The notes below the pieces were generated by a model. That model was not told where the DNA came from and did not search any database. It saw only the letters and a program-made list of their open reading frames with translations. Shown in pieces: positions 30,658 through 39,414 of a DNA stretch of 47,697 nt; the stretch's first letter is position 1; every line of letters begins with the position of its first letter. A program made the position numbers and the translations under genes. The DNA is taken from sequence record SRR20825019_2119; one strand, 5' to 3'.

Positions 30658-31460
30658 GCCAGCTGCCATCGCTCCGACCCCGGCAGGGGCATGCGCTCGA
30701 CTTCGCGCAGCACTTCGATCATGCCCGCGACATTGCGCTCGGCTATAAGCCGCCCCTTATCGGCGCTCCCCAAGGCGGCTTCACCCACCGCGCCGGATGG
30801 ATTGATGTCCGAGGCAACCCAGGCATAGACATGCCCGAAGGCGCCGGTGGGCCGGAGATACTTGAACGCCTGCTCGTCCCGTGCGGCGATGGAGGGGAAG
30901 TTCTCGGCCCGGTCCATATCGACGAGGTCGGGGCGGAAATGCAGGATGAGGGACGTCTCCGCGTCGCCGCCATGGATGCCGTGGCGCCGTTCCAGATCGC
31001 TCAGAACGCCTTCTGGTGCGCCGAAGCGCCAACCGCTTTTGACGGCCAGCATGCCGGCCGCGACGCGCAGTTCACGCGCGACGATGCCCATGATCTCTTC
31101 ATTGCCACCATGGGAATTGACGAAGATGATCTTCTTCACCCCTGCCCGCGCGACCTCCAACCCGATCTGGGTCCAGGCGTCGATCAGATTTGTGGCCTTG
31201 TGCGTGATGGTGCCCTTGGCCCAGATATGCTCGTTGGACTTGCCCACTGCCTGCACGGGCAGGATGCGGATATCGAGGTCGGCCGGGGCATGCTCGGCCA
31301 GCAGGTTCATCATTGATTGATTGATGATGGTGTCTGTGCCCACCGGCAAATGCGGACCGTGCTGCTCCACCGCCGCGATGGGCAGGATGGCGATGGTCTT
31401 GTCCGGATCGAGATTGTCGAATTCGCGGGCAGCGAAATCGGTCCACCAGATCTTTCTCAT
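30654..31460 (-). CDS. Creatininase family amidohydrolase
   Basis: EQHGPHLPVGTD, SNEH, NSHGGN, HGGDAETS. Confidence 0.92.
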   Translation of the reverse strand: MRKIWWTDFAAREFDNLDPDKTIAILPIAAVEQHGPHLPVGTDTIINQSMMNLLAEHAPADLDIRILPVQAVGKSNEHIWAKGTITHKATNLIDAWTQIGLEVARAGVKKIIFVNSHGGNEEIMGIVARELRVAAGMLAVKSGWRFGAPEGVLSDLERRHGIHGGDAETSLILHFRPDLVDMDRAENFPSIAARDEQAFKYLRPTGAFGHVYAWVASDINPSGAVGEAALGSADKGRLIAERNVAGMIEVLREVERMPLPGSERWQLA

Positions 31461-31471
31461 GGTCTTTTTCC

Positions 31472-31861
31472 TCAGGCGGGGCCGGCGGCGATGGCTTCAA
31501 TCTCGACCACGAATTCGGGCCGGGCAAAGCCGGAAACGATCATCAGGGTCGAGGCCGGATAGGGTTTGGCAAACAGCGCATTGCGCACCGCCATATAGTC
31601 CGCCAGGTACTCCCGGCCGGTGACGTAGGCGTTGATCCGCACGATATCGGCGAGCTTCAACCCCGCCTCGGCGAGAATGGCGGCGATGTTATCGAAGCAG
31701 AGCCTTGTCTGACCCGCACAATCCGGTGGGATCATCGCATTGTCGTCAATGCCCAATTGCCCCGAGCAGAACACGAGCTTTTGCCCCTCGGGCACAACCA
31801 CACCGTGGCTATAGGGGGCGAATGGGGGATGGATGGTGGGCGGGGCGAGGGGGGTGAACAT
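31472..31861 (-). CDS. RidA/YjgF family protein
   Basis: YSHG, SGQLG, PASTL, VEIEAIA. Confidence 0.9.
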   Translation of the reverse strand: MFTPLAPPTIHPPFAPYSHGVVVPEGQKLVFCSGQLGIDDNAMIPPDCAGQTRLCFDNIAAILAEAGLKLADIVRINAYVTGREYLADYMAVRNALFAKPYPASTLMIVSGFARPEFVVEIEAIAAGPA

Positions 31862-32069
31862 GCACACTCATTGATTTTGAAGGGAATGCTAGAGGTCGAC
31901 GCGCTCCATGACCAGCCCAACAGCCTCCCGCTGCACGCATGGCAGGCATTCTTGCATTTTGCCTATTTTTTAGCTTCACAGATGCGGCTGCATGGCGAAA
32001 GGTACAACAAGGGCGGCCCCAGCCGTCAGAGCAACAAGCCGCGGCGAGGGATCGCGGTACAGGGAGCGC

Positions 32070-33071
32070 ATGATGCAGATTTCGACCAAGACCATTCTTC
32101 TGGCCGCGCTGGCGCTGGCCAGCAGCCCAGCGGCGGCGCAGGAACTCGACGCCGTCACCTTCGCAACCAACTGGCTCGCCCAGGCCGAACATGGCGGCTA
32201 CTATCAGGCCATTGCCGATGGCACCTATGAAGAATACGGCCTCGACGTCACCGTGATGCAAGGTGGGCCGCAGTCACCGGGCCGGCCGATGCTGGTGAGC
32301 GGCGGCGTGCAGTTCTACATGGGCGGCGCGTCGGGCGCGATCAACGCGGTCAAGGAAGAGATCCCGACCATCACGCTGGCGGCGATCTTCCAGAAGGATC
32401 CGCAGGTCCTGATGTCGCATCCGGGCCAATTCGAGTCCTTCCCGGAGTTGGCCGGAGCCTCGAAATACATTCTGGGTGCGGACGGGTTCACCTCGTACTT
32501 CTCCTGGATGAAGACCGAGTGGCCAGAGTTCGTCGAAGAGAAATACGAGCCCTATCAGTTCAACCCGGCCTCGTTCCTGGCCGACGACATGGCCATCCAG
32601 CAAGGCTATCTGACCTCCGAACCGCTTTCCATTGAGCGCGAGGCCGGTTTTGCGCCCGATGTCTGGCTGCTGGCCGACCAGGGCTACACACCCTACTCCA
32701 CCACGATTGAAGCGATGAAGCCCTGGGTGGACGAGAACCCCGACATTGCCAAGCGCTTTGTCGAGGCCTCGATCATTGGCTGGTACAACTATCTTTACGG
32801 CGACAATGCCGCGGCCAATGAGCTGATCAAGGCCGACAATCCTGAAATGACCGACGACCAGATCGCCTATGGCATCGCCAAGATGAAGGAGTACGGTATC
32901 GTCGTTTCCGGTGACGCCGAGACCCAGGGCATCGGTTGCATGACCGACGCGCACTGGGCCGAATTCTACGACAAGATGGTGGAAGTGGGTGTCTATGAGG
33001 CGGGCCTCGACATCACCACGGCCTACACCACCGAATATGTCTGCCAGGGCCTCGGCATGGACCTGATGTAA
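32070..33071 (+). CDS. NMT1/THI5-like ABC substrate-binding protein
   Basis: Signal peptide; NWLAQAEHGGYYQA, GLDV, AAIFQKDP, QGYLTSEP. Confidence 0.88.
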   Translation: MMQISTKTILLAALALASSPAAAQELDAVTFATNWLAQAEHGGYYQAIADGTYEEYGLDVTVMQGGPQSPGRPMLVSGGVQFYMGGASGAINAVKEEIPTITLAAIFQKDPQVLMSHPGQFESFPELAGASKYILGADGFTSYFSWMKTEWPEFVEEKYEPYQFNPASFLADDMAIQQGYLTSEPLSIEREAGFAPDVWLLADQGYTPYSTTIEAMKPWVDENPDIAKRFVEASIIGWYNYLYGDNAAANELIKADNPEMTDDQIAYGIAKMKEYGIVVSGDAETQGIGCMTDAHWAEFYDKMVEVGVYEAGLDITTAYTTEYVCQGLGMDLM

Positions 33072-33085
33072 CCAACGACCACGAT

Positions 33086-33111
33086 CGGTGCGGGCAATCC
33101 TGCCCGCACCG
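33086..33111 (+). other. Intercistronic stem-loop after SBP gene
   Basis: CGGTGCGGGCA-atcc-TGCCCGCACCG 11-bp perfect stem followed by a short CTTT. Confidence 0.6.
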
Positions 33112-33138
33112 CTTTGACCCTAGACCGGGTTTTGTATT

Positions 33139-33969
33139 TTGACTGATATTCTCGAAGCGGCCCCCAACACGGCCGAAACCGCTCCCGAGCGCACCGTTGT
33201 GTCGATGCGCAATGTGAGCAAGCTATTCTCCAACGGTACGCTGGCCCTCAAGGATATGAGCCTCGACGTGCGGCGCGGAGAGTTCCTCAGCCTTCTCGGC
33301 CCGTCGGGCTGTGGCAAGTCCACCGCCTTGCGCATCATCGCCGGGCTGGGTGCTGCCTCATCGGGCTCCATCGACTGGCCCAGTTCGCGCATCAACGCCA
33401 AGGGTCTGCCCGAGGGCGATGTTGGCTTCGTCTTCCAAGAGCCGACGCTGATGCCCTGGGCGAGCGTGTTTGACAATGTCTATCTGCCGCTGCGCCTCAA
33501 TGGCATGAGCAAGTCGGGCGCCCGGCCCCGCATCATGGAAGCCCTAGCCTCGGTTGGCCTGTCCGATTTCGAGAAATCCTATCCGCGCGAGCTGTCGGGC
33601 GGCATGAAGATGCGCGTATCCATTGCAAGGGCATTGGTCACCAAGCCGCGCCTGCTACTGATGGATGAGCCCTTCGCGGCGCTAGATGAAATCACCCGGC
33701 AAAAGCTCAATGATGACGTCCTTCGCCTTTGGCGCGAGACCGGGATCACGGTGATATTCGTGACCCATTCGGTGTTCGAAAGCGCCTTCCTCTCCAATCG
33801 GATCGTGGTCATGCGCGCCCGGCCCGGCCAGGTCTGCGCCGATCTTGCCATCGAGACCACGGGCGAGCGCGACGCCAATTATCGGACCTCCGAAGAATAT
33901 CGCGCGACCACCGACCGGGTGTCACGCGCCCTTCAGGAAGCCATTATGCTGGGAGCGCAGGGACAATGA
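33139..33969 (+). CDS. NitT/TauT-type ABC ATP-binding protein
   Basis: [41 protein letters not shown] start uncertain. Confidence 0.93.
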   Translation: MTDILEAAPNTAETAPERTVVSMRNVSKLFSNGTLALKDMSLDVRRGEFLSLLGPSGCGKSTALRIIAGLGAASSGSIDWPSSRINAKGLPEGDVGFVFQEPTLMPWASVFDNVYLPLRLNGMSKSGARPRIMEALASVGLSDFEKSYPRELSGGMKMRVSIARALVTKPRLLLMDEPFAALDEITRQKLNDDVLRLWRETGITVIFVTHSVFESAFLSNRIVVMRARPGQVCADLAIETTGERDANYRTSEEYRATTDRVSRALQEAIMLGAQGQ

Positions 33970-34832
33970 CCGACGCCGTCCAGACCTCGAACATTTCCGA
34001 AGCCGGGACCGACAGCGCAGTAGCCATCGCTGTGGCGCGTACCGGCACAGTCGAAAAGATCCTGCGCATTGTCATTCCGTTCATGATGGTGGCCCTGGCC
34101 ATCGGGCTCTGGCAATTGCACATCACCGTCAATGAGGTGCCGCGCTATATCATGCCGGCGCCAGGCGATGTGATCGCCGCGCTCTATACCGATTGGGGCA
34201 CGCTCTCCCCCTCGCTTCTCGTGACGCTGCGCATCACCTTCCTAGCGCTCGGCATAGCGCTGGTCGGTGGCGTTGGGCTGGCCATCATCCTGGTCCAGAG
34301 CAAGTGGATTGAGCTGGCGATCTTCCCCTTCGCCGTTATCCTGCAGGTGACACCGATGATCGCCATCGCACCCCTGCTGATCATCTACATGCCCGACACG
34401 CAATCGGCCCTGCTGACCTGCGCGTTTGTCGTCGCCTTTTTCCCGATCCTCTCCAACATGGTGGCGGGGCTCAAAAGCGTTGATCACAACCTGCTCAATC
34501 TCTTCGAGCTTTATGGTGCCAACCGCTGGCAGACGCTGCTGTATTTGAAACTCCCGGCCTCCCTGCCCTACTTCGCTGCGGGTCTGCGCATTGGCGGCGG
34601 TCTCTCACTGATCGCAGCGGTGGTGGCCGAGTTTGCGGCCGGTTCTGCGGGCAAGGGTGCGGGCCTGGCTTTCCGCCTGCTAGAATCGGGTTATCGCCTC
34701 AATTATCCGCGCCTTTACGCGGCGCTGATCCTGTTGATGGTCACCGGCGTTGCCATCTTTGCGGCAACCTCGCTGATCGCCTGGCTATTGCTGCATCGCT
34801 GGCACGAAAGCGCCATGAAGCGGGAGAATTGA
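33966..34832 (+). CDS. NitT/TauT-type ABC permease
   Basis: IMPAPGDV, QVTPMIAIAPL, LPASLPY, AVVAEF; TM segments. Confidence 0.92.
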   Translation: MTDAVQTSNISEAGTDSAVAIAVARTGTVEKILRIVIPFMMVALAIGLWQLHITVNEVPRYIMPAPGDVIAALYTDWGTLSPSLLVTLRITFLALGIALVGGVGLAIILVQSKWIELAIFPFAVILQVTPMIAIAPLLIIYMPDTQSALLTCAFVVAFFPILSNMVAGLKSVDHNLLNLFELYGANRWQTLLYLKLPASLPYFAAGLRIGGGLSLIAAVVAEFAAGSAGKGAGLAFRLLESGYRLNYPRLYAALILLMVTGVAIFAATSLIAWLLLHRWHESAMKREN

Positions 34833-34833
34833 G

Positions 34834-36147
34834 GTGAGCCTCACCATTCCCGCTGATGGCCATTATGTGCTGGCCAATGCCGCTGTGCCCGTAGCGCTCA
34901 TGGATGAACCAGCGTCTGGCGCTTTGCGACGCGTCGACATCACGATTGCAGATGGCGCTATCGCCGCCATTGACCCGGCCGGTTCGGCCAGCCCGCACCG
35001 GCGGATCGACCTGCGCGACGACATCGTCCTCCCGGCCTTTGTCGACCTGCACACGCATCTCGACAAGGGCCACATCTGGCCCCGCAAGCAGAACCCGGAC
35101 GGCACCTGGATAGGGGCATTGCGGGCTGTGCTGGAAGATCGTGAGGCGAATTGGGCCTCAGACGATGTTGAGCGCCGCATGGATTTCTCCTTGCGCTGCG
35201 CCTATGCCCACGGCACCGCTGCCATCCGCACCCATCTCGATATGGCGCCACCTCAGCATGAGATCAGCTGGGACGTGCTCGAGGCCATGCGCGAGCGCTG
35301 GGCCGGGCGGATCGAATTGCAGGCAGCGGGCCTGATGGGACCCGACACCATACTCGATGATTCTGCGCTCCGTGCCGTGGCGGCCCGTACCAAGGCCGCC
35401 GGCGGCATTCTGGGCGGCTCGACGGCCGTGCATCCGGAAAACCCGACCATCATGCGCAAGCTGGTCGAAATCGCTGGTGAACTCGGGCTCGATATCGACC
35501 TGCACACAGATGAATCGCCAGACCCGGCAGCCAATGCGCTCGAATGCCTGGCCGATGCCGTCATCGAAACCGGCTTTTCAGGCTCGGTTGTCGCCGGGCA
35601 CTGCTGCTCGCTGGCTGTGCAGGACGCGGACACGGCAAAACGCGTGATCGACAAAGTCGCCCGGGCCGGCATTGCCGTGGTCTCGTTGCCCATGTGCAAT
35701 ATGTATCTGCAGGACCGGGACAATGCGTCCGGCGTGCGCACGCCCCGCTGGCGCGGCGTGACTTTGCTCAACGAGTTGAAGGCCGCCGGCGTCCCGGTGG
35801 CGATTGCCTCGGACAATACGCGCGACCCCTTCTATGCCTATGGCGACCTGGACGGTTTTGAGGTTCTTCGCGAGGGCGCGCGGATCCTGCATTTCGATCA
35901 TCCACAGACTGACTCCTTTGCCTGGACGCGCTCGGTTTCGGCCGATCCGGCCGCCATCGCCCGGTCTGCTTTCACCGGCGAACTCAAAGCCGGCGCCGCT
36001 GCCGATCTGGTGCTGTTCAAGGGCCGCAACTGGACCGAGTTGATGTCGCGCCCGCAGGCCGACCGCATCGTGATCCGCGCCGGCAGGGCCATCGACACCA
36101 CCCTGCCCGACTACCGTGAACTTGACGACCTGATGGGACCATCATGA
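34834..36147 (+). CDS. Cytosine deaminase-like amidohydrolase (possibly pterin deaminase)
   Basis: DLHTHLDK (HxH), LHTDE, GHCCSL, ASDNTRDPF. Confidence 0.85.
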   Translation: MSLTIPADGHYVLANAAVPVALMDEPASGALRRVDITIADGAIAAIDPAGSASPHRRIDLRDDIVLPAFVDLHTHLDKGHIWPRKQNPDGTWIGALRAVLEDREANWASDDVERRMDFSLRCAYAHGTAAIRTHLDMAPPQHEISWDVLEAMRERWAGRIELQAAGLMGPDTILDDSALRAVAARTKAAGGILGGSTAVHPENPTIMRKLVEIAGELGLDIDLHTDESPDPAANALECLADAVIETGFSGSVVAGHCCSLAVQDADTAKRVIDKVARAGIAVVSLPMCNMYLQDRDNASGVRTPRWRGVTLLNELKAAGVPVAIASDNTRDPFYAYGDLDGFEVLREGARILHFDHPQTDSFAWTRSVSADPAAIARSAFTGELKAGAAADLVLFKGRNWTELMSRPQADRIVIRAGRAIDTTLPDYRELDDLMGPS

Positions 36148-37547
36148 GCATTGCAGAATTCCGCGCCGAACTGGGCGACATTCCTCAGGAAGATAACCCC
36201 CGCATCGTGCAGCAGCGCAGCCGCGACCACTATTGGTATTCGCCGGTCCTCAAGGCCAAGCTCGACCATGTCACCGCCGAGGTGGTGGTGTCGCCGCGCT
36301 CGACTGAAGAGGTCAAGACCACGCTTCGCGCCGCCTACAAGCATGGCGTGGCGATCACCCCGCGCGGGGCCGGCACAGGCAATTACGGCCAGGCCATGCC
36401 ACTCTCCGGCGGCGCCATGCTCAATTTGATGAACATGGGCAAGGTACTCGAAATCAAGCCCGATCGGGTGCGGGCCCAGGCTGGCGCCGTGCTCGAAGCC
36501 ATGGATCACGAAACCAAGGCCGCCGTGGGCGGAGAACTGCGCTTTCATCCCTCAACCTATCGCATGGCCTCGCTGGGTGGCTTCATCGCCGGCGGCTCAG
36601 GTGGCGTCGGCTCGGTCCGTTGGGGCGGGCTGCGCAATCTGGGCAGCATTCTAGGCCTCAAGATCGTGACCTGCGAGGCCGAGCCGCGCGAGCTCGATCT
36701 CAAGGGCGAAGACATCCTCAAGGTCGCCCATGCCTATGGCACCAATGGCATAATCGTTGAAGCCGAAATGCCCTTGGCACCGGCTTATGACTGGGTCGAC
36801 ATGATTGTTGGCTTCGACCAGTTCATGGATGCGGCCGCCTTTGCACGGGCCGTTGCGCTACAGGATGGCTTGCTTGTCAAGGAGGTCGCGCCCTGCGCCG
36901 CGCCGATCCCCGAGGCATTCTTCAACCGGCATAAGCCTTATCTCAAGGATGGTCAGTCGGTTGTCCTCTTGATGGTCGCGCCGGTATCGGTCGATGCGAT
37001 GGAGCTGTTCGTCACCCATCACAAGGGTGATCTGGTCTATCGGGCCGACCAGGCAAGTGATGAAGAAAAGCGCCGCCTGCCTCCGGTCTATGAGCTGGCC
37101 TGGAACCACACGACGCTGCGCGCGCTCAAGGTCGACAACAGCATCACTTATCTCCAGACGCGCTATCCGAGCATTGAGCACGTTCAGAAAATCTACGAAT
37201 TACTGGGCGACGAACTGCCCATGCATATTGAAATCACCCGCCAGGACGGCGAGGTGACCTTTGCCGGGCTGCCGCTGGTTCGCTACACAAGTGAAGAACG
37301 GCTCGAAGAGATCATCCGCATCCATGAGGACAATGGCTGCAATGTCTTTAATCCGCATCGCTACACACTCGAAGAAGGCGGCATGAAGCGGACCGACCAG
37401 AAGCAGCTCGACTTCAAGCGCGAGGCCGACCCCAAGGGCATCCTCAACCCGGGCAAAATGGTCGCCTGGGAGAACCCCGATTTCGACTTCAATGCGGGTA
37501 AGGTATGGCTGTTCGACGGTCTCAACACCGTCCGTCAGAGCGCCTGA
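36144..37547 (+). CDS. FAD-binding oxidoreductase (VAO/PCMH family, GlcD-like)
   Basis: PRGAGTGNYGQ, ASLGGFIAGG, GTNGII, DPKGILNPGK. Confidence 0.88.
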   Translation: MSIAEFRAELGDIPQEDNPRIVQQRSRDHYWYSPVLKAKLDHVTAEVVVSPRSTEEVKTTLRAAYKHGVAITPRGAGTGNYGQAMPLSGGAMLNLMNMGKVLEIKPDRVRAQAGAVLEAMDHETKAAVGGELRFHPSTYRMASLGGFIAGGSGGVGSVRWGGLRNLGSILGLKIVTCEAEPRELDLKGEDILKVAHAYGTNGIIVEAEMPLAPAYDWVDMIVGFDQFMDAAAFARAVALQDGLLVKEVAPCAAPIPEAFFNRHKPYLKDGQSVVLLMVAPVSVDAMELFVTHHKGDLVYRADQASDEEKRRLPPVYELAWNHTTLRALKVDNSITYLQTRYPSIEHVQKIYELLGDELPMHIEITRQDGEVTFAGLPLVRYTSEERLEEIIRIHEDNGCNVFNPHRYTLEEGGMKRTDQKQLDFKREADPKGILNPGKMVAWENPDFDFNAGKVWLFDGLNTVRQSA

Positions 37548-38137
37548 TGCTGGTCCATGTGATCCACGCCCATCCGGTTGAAACCAGCTTCAACCGGGCC
37601 CTGTTCAACACCACTGTCGAGAGCCTTGAAAAGGCCGGACATGCGGTCGATGCACTCAATCTCTATGAGGAGGATTTCCCGGCCGTCCTCAGCCGCGAAG
37701 AGCGCGTGGGCTATCACGACATTCCAGAGAACCTGACTCCTTTGACCAAGCCTTATGTCGAGCGCCTCAAGGCCGCTGACGCCCTGGTTTTTGTCCATCC
37801 GGTCTGGAACTACGGCTATCCGGCCATTCTCAAGGGCTATTTCGACCGCATCTTCTTGCCCGGTGTCTCTTTCACCATGGAAGGGGGCAGCGATCGGGGC
37901 AAGCTCAAGCCGGGATTGGGCAATATCAAGAAGGCGGCCTTTGTCACTACCTATGGCGGCGACCGCTGGCGTACCTTCCTCATGGGCGACCCGCCCCGTC
38001 GCATTGCCATGCGTTGGGGCTGGGTCACCTTCCAGACCAGGCCGAAATATCTCGCGCTTTATGACATGAACAATGTCACGCAGGAACAACGGGAGGGGTT
38101 TTTGGGGAAGGTGAAAGCAGAGATGGGACGGTTCTGA
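37547..38137 (+). CDS. NAD(P)H-dependent oxidoreductase, flavodoxin-like fold (MdaB/KefF-like)
   Basis: HAHP..SFN, PVWNYGYPAILKGYFDR; TGATG coupling to the upstream gene. Confidence 0.88.
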   Translation: MLVHVIHAHPVETSFNRALFNTTVESLEKAGHAVDALNLYEEDFPAVLSREERVGYHDIPENLTPLTKPYVERLKAADALVFVHPVWNYGYPAILKGYFDRIFLPGVSFTMEGGSDRGKLKPGLGNIKKAAFVTTYGGDRWRTFLMGDPPRRIAMRWGWVTFQTRPKYLALYDMNNVTQEQREGFLGKVKAEMGRF

Positions 38138-38279
38138 GGAAGCGGGGCCCTCTCTTCTTCCAGACAAGAAGATTGTGTCGCCAAGCTGCCTAATAGCTAA
38201 AATTACGGTCATAACGCTTAGCGCAAATTGAGACTCACTCAGGCATAAATTGCGCCGTGTTGGACTTAAGGACATGCAG

Positions 38280-38846
38280 ATGGCCAAGTCGTGGTTGGAC
38301 TGGTTCACCGGAAAAAGTGCGGGTGATTGGGACCGGCGTGCAAAATCCGCACTGGGCATTTCCGCGCTGGACCCAGAGGACTTCGATCCGGTTACGGGGA
38401 CAGTCCACTGGGCCAAGTTCACAAAGATACTGGAACAGGAGCGGTCGCAATTTGCGGGCGCCCTGCTGGTTATTGATCTGGACGAGCGCTCGGTGGTGAT
38501 CGAGACGCTCGCGGAGGAGAGCCGCAGGCAAGTCTTGCCCTGGCTATCCCAATCGATCCGAGCTGCTGTGCGTGCCGATGACCTGGTAACACACCTGTAC
38601 CGCTACAGGTTCGCCGTGCTTTTGCGCGGTGCGGCGCAGGACATGGCAGAAACCGTTGCCGTTCGCATCCGGGAATCGGTGGATGACACGCTGTTCATGA
38701 CGGCAGAAGGCATTGCCCGCCTCGGTGTCGCGGTTGGCGGTGCGACTTATCACCCTGAGGGCGATCAAAAGGCCGATGTCGTAAGGGCGGCCTTCGACAA
38801 TCTCGGCAATGCCGGCGACATTGAGACGTCCATCCTGATCTCCTGA
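38280..38846 (+). CDS. Stand-alone degenerate GGDEF-domain protein
   Basis: DPVTG, ALLVIDLD, RADDLVTHLYRYRFAVLL (GGDEF position degenerate), VAVRIRESV, VAVGGA; start may be 38274. Confidence 0.75.
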   Translation: MAKSWLDWFTGKSAGDWDRRAKSALGISALDPEDFDPVTGTVHWAKFTKILEQERSQFAGALLVIDLDERSVVIETLAEESRRQVLPWLSQSIRAAVRADDLVTHLYRYRFAVLLRGAAQDMAETVAVRIRESVDDTLFMTAEGIARLGVAVGGATYHPEGDQKADVVRAAFDNLGNAGDIETSILIS

Positions 38847-38907
38847 GTTGAGATCAGGCGCCCGCCCCCTAACGCCTTGTCTGCAAAACCGCGCTGGCCG
38901 CGACGGC

Positions 38908-39402
38908 CTAGCGGCCAAATCCGGCCAGAATTGCCGCCCTCAGCGCCTCGGCCGTGCTTCTGGCCGCAATCTCCCGGGCGCCGCTCGCGGACGAAATATC
39001 TGTCGGTGTCAGCTTGCCGCCCTGATAGGCCGTATCGGTGAAGCGTGTGGCCTCGAACAGGATTTCATCGTCCCGTTCGATTGTCACCGTAGCCTCGACC
39101 CGCACATTGACCGGTCGCGCCACGGCATAGGCATCTGAGATCGAACTTTGCGGGGAGCCGGTTGTGGCCGCGATGTCCAAGGTCGGATCGCTCGGCAAGG
39201 CCGGAGCCGGAAAGGCGACTTTGAGGCGGTTGAGAATGATCTGCTCGAGATGGCTGTCGGGTGAGGCGAAATTGAAACGGACTGCGCTCATGTCCCGCCC
39301 CGAGGCAGCGTCGCCATAGACCGGCGCAAAGCTGGTGCATCCGGCCAGGGTCACGGCCATCATGGCGAAGGCCAGGGCAGATCCAAAAAGGCGGTTTGAC
39401 AT
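38908..39402 (-). CDS. Lipoprotein, LptE-like (LPS assembly lipoprotein family)
   Basis: Lipobox LAGC followed by TSFAPVYG (alphaproteobacterial LptE typically LxxC-GFxPLYG), 164 aa, 12 bp downstream of the lptD-like gene. Confidence 0.65.
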   Translation of the reverse strand: MSNRLFGSALAFAMMAVTLAGCTSFAPVYGDAASGRDMSAVRFNFASPDSHLEQIILNRLKVAFPAPALPSDPTLDIAATTGSPQSSISDAYAVARPVNVRVEATVTIERDDEILFEATRFTDTAYQGGKLTPTDISSASGAREIAARSTAEALRAAILAGFGR

Positions 39403-39414
39403 GGCTCCCCTTCC

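Noticed and set aside
31940-31976. Sigma54-like TGGCA...TTGCA and NtrC-like TGCCTATTTTTTAGC upstream of the NMT1-type SBP
   Set aside because: GG-to-GC spacing is one base longer than the strict -24/-12 consensus and the NtrC-like box is one base short; not supportable
31868-32069. TPP riboswitch upstream of the NMT1/THI5-like SBP
   Set aside because: No conserved TPP core (GCTGAGA / CCTGA..GATAAT..GCGTAGG) is visible
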